The position numbers and the translations under genes were made by a program. DNA of 63,740 nucleotides, filler included, from Welwitschia mirabilis (Eukaryota): NCBI GenBank assembly GCA_051453625.1. It is 5 parts of one record of this genome, joined end to end, with 100 filler letters (N's around TTAATTAATTAA, not from the genome) between each part and the next. Parts side by side here need not be neighbours in the genome. Positions count along the whole stretch, not along the records: positions 1 to 27,894 come from JBOZIK010000001.1; positions 27,995 to 53,920 come from JBOZIK010000001.1; 3 more parts are not named here. The stretch is one strand, 5' to 3'. Below are positions 27,540-40,524 of this stretch, piece by piece; the first letter of the stretch is position 1; each line of letters opens with the position of its first letter. Below the pieces are notes generated by a model. It had not been told where the DNA came from. It ran no database searches and saw only the letters and a program-made list of their open reading frames with translations.

Positions 27540-27894
27540 GGCCAGAATTTGTCTTTTGCAACCATTATACTACCTTTCTGAAAATGTTAAAATACACATA
27601 TTGACTTAAATTAATAGAGATTTATTGCCATAATAATTCTGCCTTATTTCAAACATAATTTGATTTGACAGTATAACTTACAGTATGTTTGTTTTATGTA
27701 AGTGGCTTTCAAAACAACTATTTTTCATAGACATCTCATCCATTTTTATTGACATTATATCTGATGTTGTATTTTCTTTTCTTTGCTCCGCTATTTTATG
27801 AAACTTCTTGATGCAGTAGTACCCTAACCAACCCAAAATGCCAAGGCACTTTAGTGGTAAGGCACTCCTGCTTTTATTTAACACTTGCTTTCTT

Positions 27895-27994
27895 NNNNNN
27901 NNNNNNNNNNNNNNNNNNNNNNNNNNNNNNNNNNNNNNTTAATTAATTAANNNNNNNNNNNNNNNNNNNNNNNNNNNNNNNNNNNNNNNNNNNN
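27895..27994. other. Artificial contig spacer (N-TTAATTAATTAA-N); also at 53921-54020, 57796-57895 and 61848-61947
   Basis: The identical 12-mer, with stops in all six frames, is centred in 100-bp N blocks four times. Confidence 0.97.
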
Positions 27995-28060
27995 ATTCAC
28001 CAATACTTTTGCCATCTCCTATGGCTTAATACTTTGTCGCCTCCTGCGACTGTGTGGGTG

Positions 28061-28205
28061 CTCCTGCATCACTCCTTCTTGATAAAAAGTATGCCCTACC
28101 ATATCCGATTATTGATGCTGTTGTTGAATACTTCAAGAGGTTTTTAAACGACACATTCATAATGCCTGTGATATGGCATCAGTCACTTCTCACACTTATC
28201 CAAAG
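28061..28205 (+). pseudogene. ENP1: Isolated bystin exon with a damaged acceptor
   Basis: [45 protein letters not shown] ends at a phase-2 donor (AAAG|GTATAG). The upstream YFIK motif and the AG acceptor are mutated. No downstream bystin exons were found on +. Confidence 0.9.
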
Positions 28206-28235
28206 GTATAGCTTAACTATAATTGTTTCTGGTTG

Positions 28236-28918
28236 TAGCTCTGTCATCACTGCTAAGCCTTGGGGTAAGGGAAAGAAATCCCTTGTGAACTGCCTCACAT
28301 TATTCCAGAATGGTACTATGAATTCGTAGTGAAGTAAAAGATGAGGTATCAGCTTTTTATCTTTTCCACATAACTAGCATTGATTGCTATCAATTATGTT
28401 GAGTTGATGTTATATTGTTTTGTTATTTAGTTGATTCTTATGTACATTATTATTAGTAACTGTGACTGAGGTGTCAATAATTAATTAGTCCAAATGGAAT
28501 GAATTCTATCCCTTTGATAATTATATGTAGTATTATCAACTTTGCCTTGTGAATATTGCTTACTCCTTAATGCATTTTTAAATGTTGCTAATTAATATGG
28601 TGATTGAACCATGCTCCTGCTTTTTCTATGCCTCTCCAAATTGGCAATGCTTGTATAATTCATGGGGCTACCTAAAGAAATCCATGTCATCATATAAGTA
28701 TTTCATCATCATAACTTTAATTCATGGGAACCTAAAGGAATAACTTTAATGCATGGGATCTTAAAAATATCCATGTCACCCTATGGGTATTTCTTCATCA
28801 TAGCCTTAACCCATGGTTTATGTGGTGTTCATAGGTTACCAGCTTAACTTTTTCATTAAAGCATACTTAAATCCAAGAAGATGTCTTAAACCCCATGCCC
28901 ATTCTTCCAGCTTTTAAT
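28236..28918. repeat. Inverted paralogous copy of sequence lying in the last intron of the minus-strand bystin gene
   Basis: Reverse-complement match to 53060-~52570 and ~51810-51470, including the LINE-derived part. Confidence 0.9.
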
Positions 28919-29879
28919 CAGTTGTTTGTAATTTTGGATTAATTTCTTTGCAAAAGCTTAAAGACAATACCTTATCATCTTATGTTGATACCTCAAATAA
29001 AAAATAAATTGTTTTTAGTTCATTGATTTACTACTTAACATAATTCTCTAATAGAGAGTTGGTAATTAATAAATGGTATTTACCAAATTAAGATTTTCTT
29101 CATTATCTAAAATAATTCTCTTAATGAATGTTCAACAAATTAATAAAACTCATATTTCTATAGATTTATAGAATTGGATGCTTACTTTAGCTTTTAGTTA
29201 GTTATCTTTCAGTCATTGATAAACCAGAAATGTTTTTGTACATAGCATTTCATTATTTTAATTTTGGTATTGTGTTTCATATAATTTTGATATTGTAATT
29301 TACAAAGCCATGGGATCACTGCTCCACCATCAGGATGTCTCTTCGGATTTCTCATGTTCAATTAATAATATGGTGCATCTATTTAATTTCTCTTTGATTA
29401 AGGAGAATTTAATTTTCTTACTAGGAATTTTATGGCAAATATTTATAGTGGGTTACAAAGGCCACTATAGTAACTCAAAATATAATTAAATGAAATTTAT
29501 TATGATGATTAAAAGCCTATCATTGTAAACGTTTTATTGTATAGCTTAGCATAATTATGATAGTTAGCAAACAATCATTTATTCTAGTCTTTTTATATAA
29601 TTAGCTTAGAATAATTTTGATAATTACCAAATAATAATGTTGTAATAGTTTCATTATATAATTATTTTAAAATAATTTTGATAATTACCAAATAATCATG
29701 TTGTTCTTAGTTCTTCTTAGTCTCACATTTGTATGCAATTATATGATTTTCGACAATTGATTAAGCTCCCACACAATATATGAATTTATTAGATTTATTT
29801 CATTGGAAAAATCAAAGCATAGTAAATATTTGAGTTAAGGACATTTATACTTTCCTTTTGGAGGATATTGATTGGACTA

Positions 29880-30620
29880 GGCTTTCAGCAAATTGGGGAT
29901 TAGGCAACATTGTTAATTGGCCAAAAATCTTTAAGAGGAATTAGAACTCTCCCAACTACCCTAAGGTTGAGATTTTCATATGATTACTTTCTCACCATAG
30001 TTTGCCTCTTGATGAACCTTTACAACACTTTTAAAATAGGAAGCTCAAATGTCCATTATGTGAACATGCTGAGTCTTTCTTTTGGACTCCAAGTTTAGCT
30101 ACATTATTTGCAAAGTGACTTCAAATACTTGGCTTAAGTTTTTAAGTGATCTACAATAGGGTTACTAGCAACAGAATCAGAAAAATATCAATTCGTTTTT
30201 GTACTTTTATTTTTATATAAGCTTGGAAAATGAAATGCTTCAAGCTACTTCAAGATGTCAATGCAAAAATTCATTTAGGATATATTATTCCCAAATCTTT
30301 CTTTATAGCTTAACTTTGTCTACAACTCAACTTTAACTGATGGCATAAAAACAGAAAATACTTTCAGAGGCTTAATATTTAAATCTTTTGATAGATACTT
30401 GGTGAAGGCTACATTTCAAAGTTGATTAATTTTGTTTTGTATTATTTTGTTTCTTGATTTCTTGTAGTTTCAATTGGCTATTTTTTTAGTCTTTTTATTG
30501 TATTCATTTTATGTGAAAGGAAAATGTTGCTAAGGTGAGGTCCTGAAAGATTTTTCCTTATCTCTCTATATAGCCTTTTGTATACATCTCTATTCCTCTA
30601 ATAAAATATCTATTTTTTCT
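29880..30620 (+). mobile_element. L1-type LINE 3' remnant (zf-RVT region)
   Basis: NWPKIF...PKVEIFI*LLSHHSLP...KCPLCEHAES and AWKM-type motifs, followed by a T-rich tail and AATAAA near 30600. Confidence 0.65.
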
Positions 30621-32528
30621 TGATATTACCAAATAATCATGAGCAATGTATGTTTCTTTACATTACCTTTTTAATAAATTTATAAATAATCATTATTAAA
30701 GTTACTTTTTTTTGTAATTATTTTGTAACATTTATTTAAAATAATTGAGGTTCTAGAGAATTATATGTATTGTTTTACTAATGCTTATATAGAAATTTCC
30801 ATAGAAAACTCTATAAGACATTTCATTTTTCTTTTTGTCTTGATTTATTCTTGTTGCTCTATACTACTCCACAATTACATTGAATTTTCAATAATGTAAG
30901 GTAATACTGACTTTCTTTCAATGTTGTGCTATATTGCTATAGAAACAATAAGGTGCTTATCTCATCCCATGAAGAGTGTACTAAAAAATGTCTATTACTA
31001 GCTCTTTTTCCTTTGATTTCAATTGTAGCTTTATTATATCATTTTGTTGGTTTTATATGAATATTATTTTTCTTGTTTTCACCTAGATAGATTTACAAAT
31101 ATTTTCATACATATATCATAGTTAGTTTAACCTTTTTTTTAAGTGATATATTTTAAGATCTTTGAGTCAAATCCATATATGTATAGGTTATTTTATGTTT
31201 TTATTCATGTATTCAAGATAAATCTCATGTGAGATTCAACATTTTTGGTACAAATCACAAGTGAGACTTGGACATATGGTGATTAGATCTCAAACTAGTA
31301 GAGGTTATTCATAGGTTTTAATCTAACAAAGCTAGCTAGGATCCTAATGAGTGTAATATGATTCCTCATGACTCATCTTCAAAAATAATATGGCATAAAT
31401 ATTATATTCATTATTTATTGCATAAAATTATAAAGTTCATCCCCTATAGGTAATAAAAAACCTGAAAAGGATAGCAATCATTGAAAACAAGAAGTGGTAA
31501 GATAGATATCGAAGTAACCAAAAAGTAAAATCCCCTAAAGAAGGCATGAGATAAAATGAATCTATTAGCTATGAGATAGAACTAGAAGATTAGTTGATTA
31601 GTTGTTCAAGTTAAGAAAAATAGAAAATATGCTAGGAGATCTTATCATGACATTATCAGGTCAACCTCCTTCATTATAAACATTTTTAGGACTTTGTTCT
31701 AAATACTTCACACTTTTTTAATGAATAATAGGGATAACTTATACTATTCTAGGTTAGTGTTATACTCTTAAGATTTTCTTGTGATTTATTACATATCTTG
31801 TAAGTAGCCATAGAATATTTTACCATTGGATTAAAATTTCATGATACTTTTGTCGAAATTAAAAAGAATCTTTATTGTATCCTTTAAATTTCTTTAACAA
31901 TTCATCTTCCTAGGTGCTTCCTTTTTCTTTATTTCTAACAAAGATAGTATTTTATTTTTTAAGCTACTAAGCATTCCATAAACATTGTGTTTTTTGAGGT
32001 ATGAAATATGAAAAAAAGGGAACAAATTTTACCTCTATCTGAATAGTGAAGACATTTTAGACTTGGACCTTCTACAGAAAGTCTATTTTAGAGTATTTTC
32101 CCTTCTATGTGAACTAACTTTTATTATAGGTTTCTAGATTAGTTTTAATATCCTTTTTCTTTTTCTTTTTTAACAATTTTATCTTTCATCCTTATTTTTT
32201 CTTCGTCTCTTATGAGAAAGATGAGATAAGGGAATAAAATTTAAGTTGCTCTCTATTTTCGAGTGGCTAGAAATTTCATGTAGATGTGAATAATGGATGA
32301 ATATTTTGATGAGTGAAACACTTTATTTAATTATTTATTTCTGATAATTTTAGTAATAATCAATTCATTAGTGAGCTAAATCCTATCACTCTTATGAACT
32401 CTTTAGATCAAGTCATTAATAAAATCAACTAAAGCCAAGCTAAAGTTTAGTTTATATTTTAATGAAAAAAGAAGAAACTTAAGGTTAATACCTATTATTC
32501 ATTAAAGAAAAGAATTTAGAGTGATGTA

Positions 32529-33302
32529 CTTAATGGTGTACCTTATAGCCATTTTTCATTCAAGAAGTAAATCCTTTATAAAAAGTTTATTCACTTTGTA
32601 ATCAAAGGAGGATAGTTGTCCAAACAAAGTAACTTATCTTTCCATTTTTTGTTCTTTTTTGTGTTTTTTTTTTCCTTTGTTGCATAAGGAAACCCTATAA
32701 ATATATAAATATTTTTGTTAAAAAATGTTGTAATTGTTAATTTTGGTTTTTTCCCCTAGTTCTAATGATCCAAAAATTATTAAGTAACTCTTGCTTTAAT
32801 GCTGTGTATGAATCACCAATTTGTCTCACTTAGCTCTCTAAAAAAGGCTATAAGAAATAGGAACCTTGACATTATCATAGTTAGGAGATTATTGTTTAAT
32901 AATTATAACTATCTCTCATTTCTTATAGGAAGAAGTAAGTTTTTACTCTCATCTCATGTAAGCAAGTAACAAGCTCCTAAGAGAAGGTAACTTTTAAAAA
33001 GCAAAATAAATTATATGAAAGGACAAGTACAATACTTGAAATAGAAAATAAGATTTAAAAAATAAACATTTGTAATGATGAATAAATGATAAATGATGAT
33101 ATTAAAAAAAAATAAATTATCTCTTCCCCACACACTTGAATTATTGAAAGGATTCATGTGTATGTGATATGTGAAGGGTTATATGAAGCTTTAATATAAT
33201 TATTTATGATTCTTAATAATTATAGTTAAGAATTAATAATTAGGAATTAAATTTTAACTAAATTCATTACATAAATAAATATATATAAAGTTTTATAACT
33301 TA
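32529..33302. repeat. ~780-bp direct repeat, copy 1
   Basis: Aligns with 35025-35820. Confidence 0.9.
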
Positions 33303-33330
33303 CTCCTAAATATACATAAATACATATTTA

Positions 33331-33911
33331 TGTTTGATCTCACACACAAGCCTCGTTGATTAGATTTTCATGACATGTGGTATGAGGTTGTTTTTAAAAA
33401 GCTTGAAACTTTAGATATTGTCTCCTCTTTCAAAATCTCACCAATGACCATAGAATTACAAGCTTAGTTTATGTTCATCCCAGTGCTAGAAATGATTTTT
33501 TTAATGGCATATAAAAGGTTGTTAAAATCTTTGAACCTTGTAAGTGGCATTATTATCCATGAAACTAGAGGTTTAAGGAAATGCCCTTGTTTTGGCACTA
33601 GAAATAAATGCTTCCTCCCCATTGGCTCAGAATGTTGAATCATCCAAGGACTTTATTCAGGTGAATTATTATCTAATAATTGAAGCATTGATGAAAAGTT
33701 GGAAACAATATTAGATCTTCTTAGAGTGCTAAGAAGGAATCTTCTAGGACAAGTTTTAACTTAAGGTTGTGTCTTCTTACTCAACGAGAATGTAATTGTC
33801 ATGTTACCCAACATGTAATATCCCCTCTTCATGTTCTTGCGAGGTTCCATCTAGTGTATAGTACATTGGTTGATTGTAAGTCATAAAATCTAACCCTAGA
33901 AAGATATCTCT
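33331..33911. repeat. ~580-bp dispersed repeat, copy 2
   Basis: Aligns with 24232-24811. Confidence 0.85.
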
Positions 33912-35024
33912 AAAAGGTACAAAATAAATGGAAAATAGTTGAATTTACATCAATCACCTAATGATTTTTATTATACTATGAATATGATTAAAGTAATTTA
34001 CTTAAATGATCCTCTTATCTAGAGGGGTATCTTTCCTTTATCATTGTCTAAATAGTTCAGTAGATGGATTCTTTGATTAAGTCATCTTATAGTTTGACCA
34101 TTTACTAACTTGATTTTGTGTTTAGATTTCATATAAGTTTTCATGAAAGTAATTTTTTCCTTTCGGTGTTTAGAATGATAAAAATTGGATTTTAGACAAT
34201 CTAAGATATTCCAATGTTTATAAATGTCAACGTTTATGATATTTTTCATTTTAGTATTATATATGTTAAATTAGATGCTAAGCCATAAATTTCTAATTAC
34301 TTAATTTATTATTTCAATGATCTATCAATGTTTTAAAAATGAAATCATAGCCATGTTATTTCAAGGAAAAATAAAAGGATGTCCTACCACAAACACATCT
34401 AAGTAAATTTTTTTGAAAGGAACCTTTAGCAGTATGATATTGTAGTTATGGGAACTTCACCAAAGTGTTAGTTGGCCATTATCTAGTTTTAACTTCTAGG
34501 TTCTTAATCTTTTGGCAGTGGTTGCACTCTTCTTATCATGATGAATAGAATCTTTAAACACCTTATTAACTTTATTCCCATGACTCTGGGGTCATAACTT
34601 CATGAGCATAATAGAACATATTAACCATTGGATGATATATTAACAAAGTTTCATTATTTCTTTAGTAGATGATTGTATTGATTTTAGTCTTGACATTACA
34701 CTAATAGTTATGGAAGAATCATTTGATATTACTAAAACCATTTTTCCTATCACATGAATATATTATGATTTTGCACTAAATCATGCATCTTTACTATCAA
34801 GGAGTTCTATGATAAATACCATTGAGTTTGATTAACTTAGTATTTAGGGTAAATTACTAAATCTTCTTGAAATACCTTTAAGTCTATTTGTATTTTTTAT
34901 CTTCCTAAGTGTTTTTATTTGGATGTATCAAATCTATTTTCACATTTTACTCTCATCTTAATAGGATGTATAGCTTTTTATCTTGTTACTATTTCTAGTT
35001 TTTTAGCCTTCTTATGACCATATT

Positions 35025-35820
35025 CTTAATGGTTTATCTTGTAGCCATTTTCCATTGAAGAAGTAAATCTTTTATAAAAATTTTATTCACTTTGTAATCA
35101 AAGTAGGATAGTTGTCCAAACAAAGTAAATATTTTCTATTTTATGTATTTTTCTGTCACATCTTTTTTCCCTTTTTTTTTCTTTTTGTGTTTTTTTTGTT
35201 TTTTTTGCATAGGTAACCCTATAAATATATAATTATTTTTTATTAATAAAAATATATTAGTTGTTAAATTTTTTTTCCTAGTTCTAATGATTCTAAAATT
35301 ATTAGGTAATTCTTGCTTTAATGCTCTATATGAATTCACCAATTTGTCCCACCTAGATCTCTAAAAAAGGCCTCAAGAAGTAAGAACCTTGACATTATCA
35401 TAGTTATGAGATTCCTATTTAATCATTATAACTATCTCTCATTTCTTATAGGGAGAAGTAAGTTTTTACCCTCATCTCATGTGAGTAAGTAACATGCTTC
35501 TAAGAGAAGGTAACTTTCAAAAAGCAAACTAAATTATATGAAAGGAGAAGTACAAGACTTGAAATAGAAAGTAAGATTTAAAAAATAAACATTTATAATG
35601 ATGAATAAATGGTAAATAATGATATTAAAAAATAAGAAATGATTTCTTCCCCATACACTTGAATTATTGAAAGGATTCATGTGTATGTGATATATGAAGG
35701 GTTATATTTAGTTTTAATAAAATTATTTAAGTTTCTTGATAATTATATTTAATAATTAATAATTAAATTTTAACTAAATTCATTACATAAATAAATATAT
35801 ATATAAAGTTTTGTAACTTA
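35025..35820. repeat. ~780-bp direct repeat, copy 2 (overlaps the probable LTR of the adjacent copia remnant)
   Basis: Aligns with 32529-33302. Confidence 0.9.
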
Positions 35821-35919
35821 TTGCCAAATATGACTAAGTTTTATTCTTTATAAATTGAGTTTGTTTCTAATAAAGTTTCATATATGTATAAGAGTGTAAC
35901 TGGCTATTCTATTTTCAAC

Positions 35920-37450
35920 ACATCCTATAAAATTTTTCAATCATTTAGAGATAAAAAATTAATGCATCTTCTAAACTTAGTAGTTCATAAGGATTTTATA
36001 AGAATGTCGATTGTTAATTCCATGTTGTCCTTGATGTGGACTCAATGAGACTTTTATATAAAATAAATGTAGGAAATAATAATTCTTGTTAATATTCTAG
36101 GTTATTTCATGAAATATGTGATTCTTGTTTACCATAATAGCATCTGAATTAAATTTTGTTATGACTGAGTGTATCCACATAAGTTCACAGGAAAGGGTAC
36201 TCTAAGTGATATTTTCTACTTTTACTAAAGATAGGTTCATTAAATTCCCCCCGCCCCCTCTTATAATAGCTTAGATAAAATATAATATTTCATTAATACA
36301 TGAGTATGTATTCTTTAGTTAATTCTGTTGTTCTTTTATATTCTACCCAATCTACATTACTATAACCTTGAAGTATTTTTTCCCTTTAAATCATTTAATG
36401 AAAATAATACTAAAGTTTACAGTTCCAAATATGTATTTTAAAACTCTAATAATATCTTCTTGATGTTTTGTTATTGAACTAGGATTAAATACGTAATCCT
36501 ATTTGCATTAAACATTATATCAGATCTAGTATTGGCTAAATACATGTGTCTTCCTATTGATTTTGATAATAGATTACATCAACAAGTTCCATATCATCTT
36601 CAAGGATTTTATTACTGGATTCCATTAAAATTCAGATTGTTTTATGAATTTAACTTTAAATTCATTAAGCATGTCTCTAACTATTTTTTGTTTTTGCGAA
36701 AACCATAGATTTCCTTAGAAATTTATTTTATTTGATGTTTTATAAAGTAATTACTCTAAACTATTGATAAAGAATGTCCTTTACCTTCTAAATTAATCTT
36801 TGTATTTATCCTATCATAACCATGTCATCAACATATAATAGTAGCACAACTACTTTTCAACTTGTTGAATTTATAGGATGTAAAGCATTTTGAGTGTTAA
36901 TTTCAAATATAAGGATCTTTTGGGTTTTTAATTTTTTTAAACTACTTTAGCTTCATAAATCCATAATATGGATTAGACATCAATTTTTTGAATTAATTAT
37001 CTATATGAAAAATGCTAATATAATGTTAAGATAAAACAATTTTCAATCATGTTATGTTACAAGAGATAGGATGATTCCAATGGTTCATATGTATGTAGTA
37101 GATGTAAGGTTTTATTGTAATGCATTCCTTTTACTTGACTATAAACTTTAGGTACATATCTTGCCTGGTGATTTTTGATATTGAAGTTAAGATTTAGGTT
37201 TCATTAGGATCACTCATTTCTAGTTGAATGGTTTAGCTTTGTTTGGTGGATTAACAAGTTTTCAAATATCCATCTTCTTACTTTTTTTTATTCCATCTTG
37301 TATTGTTTCCTTTAAATTTGGAGTTAGAAGAACACCTCTTTCACTTTTGGGTTCTAAAGAAAATGTTTCAATGAATAATCCTCTATTGACATGTTTTATT
37401 TGGCTTTCATCTTTTCATCTTCTTGTAATTTATCAGAGTTGATTTGTAAA
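35920..37450 (-). mobile_element. Highly decayed Ty1/copia RT-RNase H remnant
   Basis: Minus translation: QARYVPKVYSQ (cf. KARLVAKGYSQ), ELVDVIYYQ...MYLANTRSDIMF, KNHIFHE and IDILIKSL, followed by a TGTTGAAAA LTR-like start near 35920. Confidence 0.7.
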
Positions 37451-39479
37451 CTTGTTAGAAAGACTAATTTTTGATGATACTAAATTAATCGACAAAGGTA
37501 AAGTTAAGAGGTAATAGAAAAGTGGAAAAAGTAGAAAATACTATAGAAAACAGATAGAAATATTTATTCTAGAAGTGGAATAGTACAATGGTATTAACAA
37601 AAATAATCTGACAGCATTATAACATAAGAACAACTTGAAAAATTAGGTATGTACCCATGTTTATACATTTAGGAATAGGGTTTTCTCACTAAGGTTTTTC
37701 TTCTAGTTGTTTTATTATTAATCTCACATTTATAAGTGGTTAAGATTCTAAGTTTATTACTAATAATCTTACTAATTAAAGTTATAAGGTATCAAAATTT
37801 AGTCCACCACTTAAGTTTAAAAGATAATAATTAAAATAGATAAATAACATGACTAATACATTAACAATAGCAAGAATTAGAAAGGAAATATCTTTAAAGG
37901 AATAAAAGCAATTGTAGGAAAACCTTAGCTCTAAACTACCATGTAGCTTAAGAGACCTTAAATTCTAGATCCCCAATCTTCTAGCAGATTTCCTCTTACT
38001 AACTTAAAAGGATTTATGCTACTTACTTCCAGCTAATATTTGAACTATTGAAACCTAATTTTGCTAAGTGGTCTTATCAAATTATTCACTACCTCATATA
38101 TCCATGACATATACTACATGTTTATAACACTATTTTTAAACTAGTTCTTATGTCATGTAAACTCTAAAATCAATATGCTTCATTATATCATGAAAAACTA
38201 GATTTTTATTAATGTTAATTAAAAATTGATTAATCATATATATAGTTATAGATATTCTCTATGGATGATGTATAATTTCTAATAATTTCTTTTTCCAAAT
38301 TGCCTTATTATTTATTTCAAATGTCGCTACATACTACACTTCAACTAATAAATCTATTATACTTTTCTATTACTTAGAACTTGAAGAGATTGGTGAACAT
38401 TCCTAAAATATGATGTATCTTCTTGTATAATTTTAGTATTTTAGTCAGTAAAGTAAAAATATAAGAATTCTCTTAAGTTTGAACTTATGATCTATGTGAA
38501 AGATAGTTTTAAACTCTTTAATTCCCTCTAGGTACTTCAAAACCATTATTATTTTATACCAGTAACATTGTTTTTATGTATTGATATATCTTATTGATAT
38601 TAAACTTCCAACAAATTTGCTGTTATATTTCATTGACATCCAGTGTCTTTTCATTAACTATTAACTTTAGATTTTGTTCCATTAGCATAAATCCTATTTT
38701 TATGATTTCTCAGTCAAATTTTTTTGACATAACACCAATGTATTTTGATTAATTCATGATGATATAATTATTCTTCTAAATCACTTCTATACCAAGGTAG
38801 TATTTTATTAACTAATTGGGTAGGTTCTTATTAAAATATAAGAAATATGTGAAGTTAAAAAGTCCTTTATAAAGTATCAAATAAAAAAGTAACAACACTT
38901 ACTACATTTTATGTTAATTCTTCCATAGCACTATGTGACGAGGATCAACTCTTCTAAATAATAGAATGCTCCCAAATGATGTACTTCTACCAAGTGGCAT
39001 AATTCATTTAAGTAAAGAAACTTGAAAGGATACATGTTCATTAAGGTGTGTAGCAAGTTCTAGCAAAACTACACAGATGTATATTCAATAATGGCAAACA
39101 ATAACAAAAGAAAAGAAAACAAATTAATGATGTAAATAAGAAGAGAATAGAGCAACATCAAGGCTAATAAAGTATGAGGATCATGACAGACTTTGATAAA
39201 ATAGAAACCATTACTCACACTCTATTACAAAATGAAGATTCTAGAAAGTTCTTATGTATAGCAAGTAGATGATCATGAACAATATGAATGACATAATGTG
39301 CAAATATTAAACCTGAATAAGAAAATGAAGGCCTAAACCCTTGTCCACGTCAAGGGTAATGAATAGGAATTTTCATTAACTTTAAAATGAAAGTATTTCC
39401 ATATAATACTTTAAAATTAATATTTCATTAATTAGCCAATGTAATCACCAATTTACTCTTCATATCTCTTAACAAATTC

Positions 39480-40200
39480 CCAAATCAAGGATGATGATGA
39501 CTTAAAGTTGAATTATCTTAAGCTATAGCACTTACACATTTTTCTAAGATAACTTATGCGCTATTTAAATTTCATTTTACATATTATCAATCATAGAATC
39601 AAATATTTTATAATGGGTAAGATATATGGTTAAAAAAATAAAGTCACTAGAATATAGTAGTCAAATATTTGAAGAATTTAAATGGAATGAATATATTGGA
39701 CTTCTCTTCTAATGGAATTATAATTGTAAGTTGAGATCTTTATCAAATTTATACTTCAATAGTTCATGATACTAAAAGTTTACAACATGATAGTTAACAT
39801 TATTAGGATCTTCATTTATCTCTTAGATATCCAAATAGCAAAAGACAGCAATAAGTTCATTAACTAAAATAGAGTATGTTGCAATGCTTGAAACTAGTAT
39901 ACATGTTATTTATATAAAAATTTTGTGGAGATTATAAATATGTCATACAGAGGATTAATAAATCTATATGTGGATAATAAATATGTAATTCACATAACAA
40001 ATAATGCAAAGTTTATAACATAATAAAGCATATTATAACTGAAGTCCACGTGATACAGAAAATTATTGGGAATGGAGTGATAGATGCTTAATACAATTAA
40101 CAGATTGGATTGTAGACATTTCGAAAAGGCCATTTAACATATTAAAGTTTTAACAATCCATAGATCACTTGAGAGTAAGTAGCATTAAAAATAAAAAGTT
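39480..40200 (+). mobile_element. Decayed Ty1/copia RT end and RNase H remnant
   Basis: SLTKIEYVAM, NLYVDNKYVIHITNN, KHIITEVHVI and IVDISKRP motifs. Confidence 0.7.
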
Positions 40201-40524
40201 GACTAAATGATTGGATATTTAATATTGAAAACTAATTTAACAACATTAATTTAAGATTGAAATTCTTCTCTCAGAACTCCAATTTTCTTTAGATATTTTT
40301 TCTTTCTAATTATTATTGTCATTCTGTTGATTTTGTTTTCTATCTATTATTATCATGGCCTTCTAAAATCTAAGTCAGGGATTATATTAAATTTATAAAA
40401 ACTTTGCATAGTATTGCAATTGATACTATCATATACTAGTATAAGCTATACTTTAGTATATAATATATCATCAATCTCATTCAACATCAAGTAGAGGAGG
40501 GGAGTATGGGATTCCCCATGATAG

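Noticed and set aside
27939-27950. Recurring palindrome TTAATTAATTAA (four copies) as a biological repeat
   Set aside because: It is always centred in a 100-bp N block, so it is an artificial six-frame-stop contig spacer. Adjacency across it is not evidence of linkage.
28601-28621. TGATTGAACCATGCT resembles miR171
   Set aside because: It has several mismatches, the 3' part diverges, and no complementary star arm is nearby.
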